A DNA stretch of 64,000 nucleotides, from NCBI GenBank assembly GCA_964057225.1, contig OZ059900.1:21142001-21206000 (forward strand), given 5' to 3'. The DNA comes from Auanema rhodensis. Lineage: Eukaryota > Animalia > Nematoda. The position numbers and the translations under genes are program-made. The stretch's first letter is position 1. Each line of letters opens with the position of its first letter. This document shows positions 54,946-64,000 of the stretch, one piece after another. The notes beneath the pieces were generated by a model. It saw only the letters and a list, made by a program, of their open reading frames with translations, was not told the origin of the DNA and searched no databases.

Positions 54946-57900
54946 CCTCAGAATATGCTAATTTCCTTAATTTTCTAACCCCTGTTTTTTTGTCGTGAAA
55001 GTGGAACTAGACGTTGTACGAACAATTTTGAGCTAGGTTTCATTGACATTGCATGAGTTTGAACACATGAAATCGTAAGTCAAAACCTTGTTTACAGCGA
55101 AATTTCCAAAAACTGGTTTTCCAGCATAATAAAATATTTCTCATGGGAAATACTGTGTTTTTGTATTTTTCTAGTGTTCAGCATGTAAAATGCTTCATTT
55201 TAGTATGTAACACGCTGAAATTCGTTGCATTTGACGACTCATATGAACAAAAATCGATTTAATCAATATTAGCCATAAGGGGCGTGCCCTCAGAATATGC
55301 TAATTCCCTTAATTTTCTAACCCCTGTTTTTTTGTCGTGAAAGTGGGACTAGACGTTGTACGAACAATTTTTTGCTAGGTTTCATTGACATTGCATAAGT
55401 TTGAACACATGAAATCGTAAGTCAAAACCTTGTTTACAGCGAAATTTCCAAAAACTGGTTTTCCAGCATAATAAAATATTTCTCATGGGAAATACTGTGT
55501 TTTTGTATTTTTCTAGTGTTCAGCATGTAAAATGCTTCATTTTAGTATGTAACACGCTGAAATTCGTAGCATTTGACGACTCATATGAACAAAAATCGAT
55601 TTAATCAATATTAGCCATAAGGGGCGTGCCCTCAGAATATGCTAATTTCCTTAATTTTCTAACCCCTGTTTTTTTGTCGTGAAAGTGGAACTAGACGTTG
55701 TACGAACAATTTTGAGCTAGGTTTCATTGACATTGCATGAGTTTGAACACATGAAATCGTAAGTCAAAACCTTGTTTACAGCGAAATTTCCAAAAACTGG
55801 TTTTCCAGCATAATAAAATATTTCTCATGGGAAATACTGTGTTTTTGTATTTTTCTAGTGTTCAGCATGTAAAATGCTTCATTTTAGTATGTAACACGCT
55901 GAAATTCGTTGCATTTGACGACTCATATGAACAAAAATCGATTTAATCAATATTAGCCATAAGGGGCGTGCCCTCAGAATATGCTAATTTCCTTAATTTT
56001 CTAACCCCTGTTTTTTTGTCGTGAAAGTGGAACTAGACGTTGTACGAACAATTTTGAGCTAGGTTTCATTGACATTGCATGAGTTTGAACACATGAAATC
56101 GTAAGTCAAAACCTTGTTTACAGCGAAATTTCCAAAAACTGGTTTTCCAGCATAATAAAATATTTCTCATGGGAAATACTGTGTTTTTGTATTTTTCTAG
56201 TGTTCAGCATGTGAAATGCTTCATTTGCGTATGTAACACGCTGAAATTCGTTGCATTTGACGACTCATATGAACAAAAATCGATTTAATCAATATTAGCC
56301 ATAAGGGGCGTGCCCTCAGAATATGCTAATTTCCTTAATTTTCTAACCCCTGTTTTTTTGTCGTGAAAGTGGAACTAGACGTTGTACGAACAATTTTGAG
56401 CTAGGTTTCATTGACATTGCATGAGTTTGAACACATGAAATCGTAAGTCAAAACCTTGTTTACAGCGAAATTTCCAAAAACTGGTTTTCCAGCATAATAA
56501 AATATTTCTCATGGGAAATACTGTGTTTTTGTATTTTTCTAGTGTTCAGCATGTGAAATGCTTCATTTGCGTATGTAACACGCTGAAATTCGTTGCATTT
56601 GACGACTCATATGAACAAAAATCGATTTAATCAATATTAGCCATAAGGGGCGTGCCCTCAGAATATGCTAATTTCCTTAATTTTCTAACCCCTGTTTTTT
56701 TGTCGTGAAAGTGGAACTAGACGTTGTACGAACAATTTTGAGCTAGGTTTCATTGACATTGCATGAGTTTGAACACATGAAATCGTAAGTCAAAACCTTG
56801 TTTACAGCGAAATTTCCAAAAACTGGTTTTCCAGCATAATAAAATATTTCTCATGGGAAATACTGTGTTTTTGTATTTTTCTAGTGTTCAGCATGTAAAA
56901 TGCTTCATTTTAGTATGTAACACGCTGAAATTCGTTGCATTTGACGACTCATATGAACAAAAATCGATTTAATCAATATTAGCCATAAGGGGCGTGCCCT
57001 CAGAATATGCTAATTTCCTTAATTTTCTAACCCCTGTTTTTTTGTCGTGAAAGTGGGACTAGACGTTGTACGAACAATTTTGAGCTAGGTTTCATTGACA
57101 TTGCATGAGTTTGAACACATGAAATCGTAAGTCAAAACCTTGTTTACAGCGAAATTTCCAAAAACTGGTTTTCCAGCATAATAAAATATTTCTCATGGGA
57201 AATACTGTGTTTTTGTATTTTTCTAGTGTTCAGCATGTGAAATGCTTCATTTGCGTATGTAACACGCTGAAATTCGTTGCATTTGACGACTCATATGAAC
57301 AAAAATCGATTTAATCAATATTAGCCATAAGGGGCGTGCCCTCAGAATATGCTAATTCCCTTAATTTTCTGACCCCTGTTTTTTTGTCGTGAAAGTGGAA
57401 CTAGACGTTGTACGAACAATTTTGAGCTAGGTTTCATTGACATTGCATGAGTTTGAACACATGAAATCGTAAGTCAAAACCTTGTTTACAGCGAAATTTC
57501 CAAAAACTGGTTTTCCAGCATAATAAAATATTTCTCATGGGAAATACTGTGTTTTTGTATTTTTCTAGTGTTCAGCATGTAAAATGCTTCATTTTAGTAT
57601 GTAACACGCTGAAATTCGTTGCATTTGACGACTCATATGAACAAAAATCGATTTAATCAATATTAGCCATAAGGGGCGTGCCCTCAGAATATGCTAATTT
57701 CCTTAATTTTCTAACCCCTGTTTTTTTGTCGTGAAAGTGGAACTAGACGTTGTACGAACAATTTTGAGCTAGGTTTCATTGACATTGCATGAGTTTGAAC
57801 ACATGAAATCGTAAGTCAAAACCTTGTTTACAGCGAAATTTCCAAAAACTGGTTTTCCAGCATAATAAAATATTTCTCATGGGAAATACTGTGTTTTTGT

Positions 57901-59133
57901 ATTTTTCTAGTGTTCAGCATGTAAAATGCTTCATTTTAGTATGTAACACGCTGAAATTCGTTGCATTTGACGACTCATATGAACAAAAATCGATTTAATC
58001 AATATTAGCCATAAGGGGCGTGCCCTCAGAATATGCTAATTTCCTTAATTTTCTAACCCCTGTTTTTTTGTCGTGAAAGTGGGACTAGACGTTGTACGAA
58101 CAATTTTGAGCTAGGTTTCATTGACATTGCATGAGTTTGAACACATGAAATCGTAAGTCAAAACCTTGTTTACAGCGAAATTTCCAAAAACTGGTTTTCC
58201 AGCATAATAAAATATTTCTCATGGAAAATACTGTGTTTTTGTATTTTTCTAGTGTTCAGCATGTAAAATGCTTCATTTTAGTATGTAACACGCTGAAATT
58301 CGTTGCATTTGACGACTCATATGAACAAAAATCGATTTAATCAATATTAGCCATAAGGGGCGTGCCCTCAGAATATGCTAATTCCCTTAATTTTCTAACC
58401 CCTGTTTTTTTGTCGTGAAAGTGGAACTAGACGTTGTACGAACAATTTTGAGCTAGGTTTCATTGACATTGCATGAGTTTGAACACATGAAATCGTAAGT
58501 CAAAACCTTGTTTACAGCGAAATTTCCAAAAACTGGTTTTCCAGCATAATAAAATATTTCTCATGGGAAATACTGTGTTTTTGTATTTTTCTAGTGTTCA
58601 GCATGTAAAATGCTTCATTTTAGTATGTAACACGCTGAAATTCGTTGCATTTGACGACTCATATGAACAAAAATCGATTTAATCAATATTAGCCATAAGG
58701 GGCGTGCCCTCAGAATATGCTAATTCCCTTAATTTTCTAACCCCTGTTTTTTTGTCGTGAAAGTGGAACTAGACGTTGTACGAACAATTTTGAGCTAGGT
58801 TTCATTGACATTGCATGAGTTTGAACACATGAAATCGTAAGTCAAAACCTTGTTTACAGCGAAATTTCCAAAAACTGGTTTTCCAGCATAATAAAATATT
58901 TCTCATGGGAAATACTGTGTTTTTGTATTTTTCTAGTGTTCAGCATGTAAAATGCTTCATTTTAGTATGTAACACGCTGAAATTCGTTGCATTTGACGAC
59001 TCATATGAACAAAAATCGATTTAATCAATATTAGCTATAAGGGGCGTGCCCTCAGAATATGCTAATTTCCTTAATTTTCTAACTCCTGTTTTTTTGTCGT
59101 GAAAGTGGGACTAGACGTTGTACGAACAATTTT
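54930..59133 (-). repeat. Reverse block 2: 11 full monomers plus partials (pos 241 to pos 142)
   Basis: 4204 bp = 241 + 11x342 + 201. Starts GCCATAAGAGGCGTG, ends GTACGAACAATTTT. Confidence 0.96.
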
Positions 59134-59147
59134 TACAAAAACACAGT
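59123..59147. other. Orientation junction J4, sequence-identical to J2
   Basis: ...GTACGAACAATTTT|TACAAAAACACAG... with the break at 59133/59134, 5297 bp after J2. Confidence 0.95.
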
Positions 59148-62100
59148 ATTTCCCATGAGAAATATTTTATTATGCTGGAAAACCAGTTTTTGGAAATTTC
59201 GCTGTAAACAAGGTTTTGACTTACGATTTCATGTGTTCAAACTCATGCAATGTCAATGAAACCTAGCTCAAAATTGTTCGTACAACGTCTAGTTCCACTT
59301 TCACGACAAAAAAACAGGGGTTAGAAAATTAAGGGAATTAGCATATTCTGAGGGTACGCCCCTTATGGCTAATATTGATTAAATCGATTTTTGTTCATAT
59401 GAGTCGTCAAATGCAACGAATTTCAGCGTGTTACATACTAAAATGAAGCATTTTACATGCTGAACACTAGAAAAATACAAAAACACAGTATTTCCCATGA
59501 GAAATATTTTATTATGCTGGAAAACCAGTTTTTGGAAATTTCGCTGTAAACAAGGTTTTGACTTACGATTTCATGTGTTCAAACTCATGCAATGTCAATG
59601 AAACCTAGCTCAAAATTGTTCGTACAACGTCTAGTCCCACTTTCACGACAAAAAAACAGGGGTTAGAAAATTAAGGAAATTAGCATATTCTGAGGGCACG
59701 CCCCTTATGGCTAATATTGATTAAATCGATTTTTGTTCATATGAGTCGTCAAATGCAACGAATTTCAGCGTGTTACATACTAAAATGAAGCATTTTACAT
59801 GCTGAACACTAGAAAAATACAAAAACACAGTATTTTCCATGAGAAATATTTTATTATGCTGGAAAACCAGTTTTTGGAAATTTCGCTGTAAACAAGGTTG
59901 TGTTCAAACTCATGCAATGTCAATGAAACCTAGCTCAAAATTGTTCGTACAACGTCTAGTTCCACTTTCACGACAAAAAAACAGGGGTTAGAAAATTAAG
60001 GAAATTAGCATATTCTGAGGGCACGCCCCTTATGGCTAATATTGATTAAATCGATTTTTGTTCATATGAGTCGTCAAATGCAACGAATTTCAGCGTGTTA
60101 TATACTAAAATGAAGCATTTTACATGCTGAACACTAGAAAAATACAAAAACACAGTATTTCCCATGAGAAATATTTTATTATGCTGGAAAACCAGTTTTT
60201 GGAAATTTCGCTGTAAACAAGGTTTTGACTTACGATTTCATGTGTTCAAACTCATGCAATGTCAATGAAACCTAGCTCAAAATTGTTCGTACAACGTCTA
60301 GTTCCACTTTCACGACAAAAAAACAGGGGTTAGAAAATTAAGGAAATTAGCATATTCTGAGGGCACGCCCCTTATGGCTAATATTGATTAAATCGATTTT
60401 TGTTCATATGAGTCGTCAAATGCAACGAATTTCAGCGTGTTACATACTAAAATGAAGCATTTTACATGCTGAACACTAGAAAAATACAAAAACACAGTAT
60501 TTTCCATGAGAAATATTTTATTATGCTGGAAAACCAGTTTTTGGAAATTTCGCTGTAAACAAGGTTTTGACTTACGATTTCATGTGTTCAAACTCATGCA
60601 ATGTCAATGAAACCTAGCTCAAAATTGTTCGTACAACGTCTAGTCCCACTTTCACGACAAAAAAACAGGGGTTAGAAAATTAAGGAAATTAGCATATTCT
60701 GAGGGCACGCCCCTTATGGCTAATATTGATTAAATCGATTTTTGTTCATATGAGTCGTCAAATGCAACGAATTTCAGCGTGTTACATACTAAAATGAAGC
60801 ATTTTACATGCTGAACACTAGAAAAATACAAAAACACAGTATTTCCCATGAGAAATATTTTATTATGCTGGAAAACCAGTTTTTGGAAATTTCGCTGTAA
60901 ACAAGGTTTTGACTTACGATTTCATGTGTTCAAACTCATGCAATGTCAATGAAACCTAGCTCAAAATTGTTCGTACAACGTCTAGTTCCACTTTCACGAC
61001 AAAAAAACAGGGGTTAGAAAATTAAGGAAATTAGCATATTCTGAGGGCACGCCCCTTATGGCTAATATTGATTAAATCGATTTTTGTTCATATGAGTCGT
61101 CAAATGCAACGAATTTCAGCGTGTTACATACTAAAATGAAGCATTTTACATGCTGAAAACTAGAAAAATACAAAAACACAGTATTTCCCATGAGAAATAT
61201 TTTATTATGCTGGAAAACCAGTTTTTGGAAATTTCGCTGTAAACAAGGTTTTGACTTACGATTTCATGTGTTCAAACTCATGCAATGTCAATGAAACCTA
61301 GCTCAAAATTGTTCGTACAACGTCTAGTTCCACTTTCACGACAAAAAAACAGGGGTTAGAAAATTAAGGAAATTAGCATATTCTGAGGGCACGCCCCTTA
61401 TGGCTAATATTGATTAAATCGATTTTTGTTCATATGAGTCGTCAAATGCAACGAATTTCAGCGTGTTACATACTAAAATGAAGCATTTTACATGCTGAAC
61501 ACTAGAAAAATACAAAAACACAGTATTTCCCATGAGAAATATTTTATTATGCTGGAAAACCAGTTTTTGGAAATTTCGCTGTAAACAAGGTTTTGACTTA
61601 CGATTTCATGTGTTCAAACTCATGCAATGTCAATGAAACCTAGCTCAAAATTGTTTGTACAACGTCTAGTTCCACTTTCACGACAAAAAAACAGGGGTTA
61701 GAAAATTAAGGGAATTAGCATATTCTGAGGGCACGCCCCTTATGGCTAATATTGATTAAATCGATTTTTGTTCATATGAGTCGTCAAATGCAACGAATTT
61801 CAGCGTGTTACATACTAAAATGAAGCATTTTACATGCTGAACACTAGAAAAATACAAAAACACAGTATTTCCCATGAGAAATATTTTATTATGCTGGAAA
61901 ACCAGTTTTTGGAAATTTCGCTGTAAACAAGGTTTTGACTTACGATTTCATGTGTTCAAACTCATGCAATGTCAATGAAACCTAGCTCAAAATTGTTTGT
62001 ACAACGTCTAGTCCCACTTTCACGACAAAAAAACAGGGGTTAGAAAATTAAGGAAATTAGCATATTCTGAGGGCACGCCCCTTATGGCTAATATTGATTA

Positions 62101-64000
62101 AATCGATTTTTGTTCATATGAGTCATCAAATGCAACGAATTTCAGCGTGTTACATACTAAAATGAAGCATTTTACATGCTGAACACTAGAAAAATACAAA
62201 AACACAGTATTTCCCATGAGAAATATTTTATTATGCTGGAAAACCAGTTTTTGGAAATTTCGCTGTAAACAAGGTTTTGACTTACGATTTCATGTGTTCA
62301 AACTCATGCAATGTCAATGAAACCTAGCTCAAAATTGTTCGTACAACGTCTAGTTCCACTTTCACGACAAAAAAACAGGGGTTAGAAAATTAAGGAAATT
62401 AGCATATTCTGAGGGCACGCCCCTTATGGCTAATATTGATTAAATCGATTTTTGTTCATATGAGTCGTCAAATGCAACGAATTTCAGCGTGTTACATACT
62501 AAAGTGAAGCATTTTACATGCTGAACACTAGAAAAATACAAAAACACTGTATTTCCCATGAGAAATATTTTATTATGCTGGAAAACCAGTTTTTGGAAAT
62601 TTCGCTGTAAACAAGGTTTTGACTTACGATTTCATGTGTTCAAACTCATGCAATGTCAATGAAACCTAGCTCAAAATTGTTCGTACAACGTCTAGTTCCA
62701 CTTTCACGACAAAAAAACAGGAGTTAGAAAATTAAGGGAATTAGCATATTCTGAGGGCACGCCCCTTATGGCTAATATTGATTCAATCGATTTTTGTTCA
62801 TATGAGTCGTCAAATGCAACGAATTTCAGCGTGTTACATACTAAAATGAAGCATTTCACATGCTGAACACTAGAAAAATACAAAAACACAGTATTTCCCA
62901 TGAGAAATATTTTATTATGCTGGAAAACCAGTTTTTGGAAATTTCGCTGTAAACAAGGTTTTGACTTACGATTTCATGTGTTCAAACTCATGCAATGTCA
63001 ATGAAACCTAGCTCAAAATTGTTCGTACAACGTCTAGTTCCACTTTCACGACAAAAAAACAGGGGTTAGAAAATTAAGGGAATTAGCATATTCTGAGGGT
63101 ACGCCCCTTATGGCTAATATTGATTAAATCGATTTTTGTTCATATGAGTCGTCAAATGCAACGAATTTCAGCGTGTTACATACTAAAATGAAGCATTTTA
63201 CATGCTGAACACTAGAAAAATACAAAAACACAGTATTTCCCATGAGAAATATTTTATTATGCTGGAAAACCAGTTTTTGGAAATTTCGCTGTAAACAAGG
63301 TTTTGACTTACGATTTCATGTGTTCAAACTCATGCAATGTCAATGAAACCTAGCTCAAAATTGTTCGTACAACGTCTAGTCCCACTTTCACGACAAAAAA
63401 ACAGGAGTTAGAAAATTAAGGAAATTAGCATATTCTGAGGGCACGCCCCTTATAGCTAATATTGATTAAATCGATTTTTGTTCATATGAGTCGTCAAATG
63501 CAACGAATTTCAGCGTGTTACATACTAAAATGAAGCATTTTACATGCTGAACACTAGAAAAATACAAAAACACAGTATTTCCCATGAGAAATATTTTATT
63601 ATGCTGGAAAACCAGTTTTTGGAAATTTCGCTGTAAACAAGGTTTTGACTTACGATTTCATGTGTTCAAACTCATGCAATGTCAATGAAACCTAGCTCAA
63701 AATTGTTCGTACAACGTCTAGTTCCACTTTCACGACAAAAAAACAGGGGTTAGAAAATTAAGGGAATTAGCATATTCTGAGGGCACGCCCCTTATGGCTA
63801 ATATTGATTAAATCGATTTTTGTTCATATGAGTCGTCAAATGCAACGAATTTCAGCGTGTTACATACTAAAATGAAGCATTTTACATGCTGAACACTAGA
63901 AAAATACAAAAACACAGTATTTCCCATGAGAAATATTTTATTATGCTGGAAAACCAGTTTTTGGAAATTTCGCTGTAAACAAGGTTTTGACTTACGATTT
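59134..64000 (+). repeat. Forward block 3 (~14 monomers, one with a 17-bp deletion)
   Basis: Monomer starts at 59471, 59813, 60138 (325-bp unit), then every 342 bp to 63900. Confidence 0.96.

Larger units (their letters stand above)
1..64000. repeat. Satellite DNA array, 342-bp monomer, ~187 copies, mixed orientation; continues beyond both window edges
   Basis: AAAAATACAAAAACACAG recurs at 1, 343, 1711, 3421, 6841, 10261 (exact multiples of 342). Monomers typically differ from consensus by 0-6 substitutions. No non-satellite sequence was seen anywhere. Confidence 0.99.

Noticed and set aside
12660-59140. Autonomous transposon or site-specific invertible element
   Set aside because: No transposase or recombinase, no distinct terminal repeats, and the junctions use different monomer positions rather than one recombination site.
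62704-62901. 65-aa ORF on the - strand
   Set aside because: It is the same satellite frame, extended by a single A>C at 62784 that removes the TAA stop. The underlying stop-free stretch of about 60 codons is plausible by chance.
1-64000. CRISPR array or other repeat-spacer system
   Set aside because: There are no unique spacers or cas-like ORFs; the units are contiguous and nearly identical over their whole length.

Overview
The whole 64-kb window is one AT-rich tandem satellite array of about 187 near-identical 342-bp monomers (about 34% GC by hand count of the consensus). It looks like eukaryotic centromeric or heterochromatic DNA, but I cannot name the family or species. No genes, RNA genes, transposons or CRISPR arrays are supported, and both listed ORFs come from single stop-codon substitutions in one monomer each. 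I found no new gene-encoded system; the interest is in the architecture. Monomer position 1 is defined as window position 1. The array switches orientation four times: forward 1-12666, reverse 12665-53836, forward 53837-54931, reverse 54930-59133, forward 59134-64000. The junction phases do not fit a simple inversion. The forward array stops at monomer position 12 and resumes at position 6, so the reversed material is flanked by a 5-7 bp direct repeat (TACAA[AA]) resembling a target-site duplication. One end of the reversed block carries the rare variant haplotype of the local forward array. The same right-hand junction occurs twice (53836/7 and 59133/4). Inside the reversed block, private variants form nested layers and higher-order repeats of about 2-14 monomers. 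All structural conclusions assume the assembly is correct.
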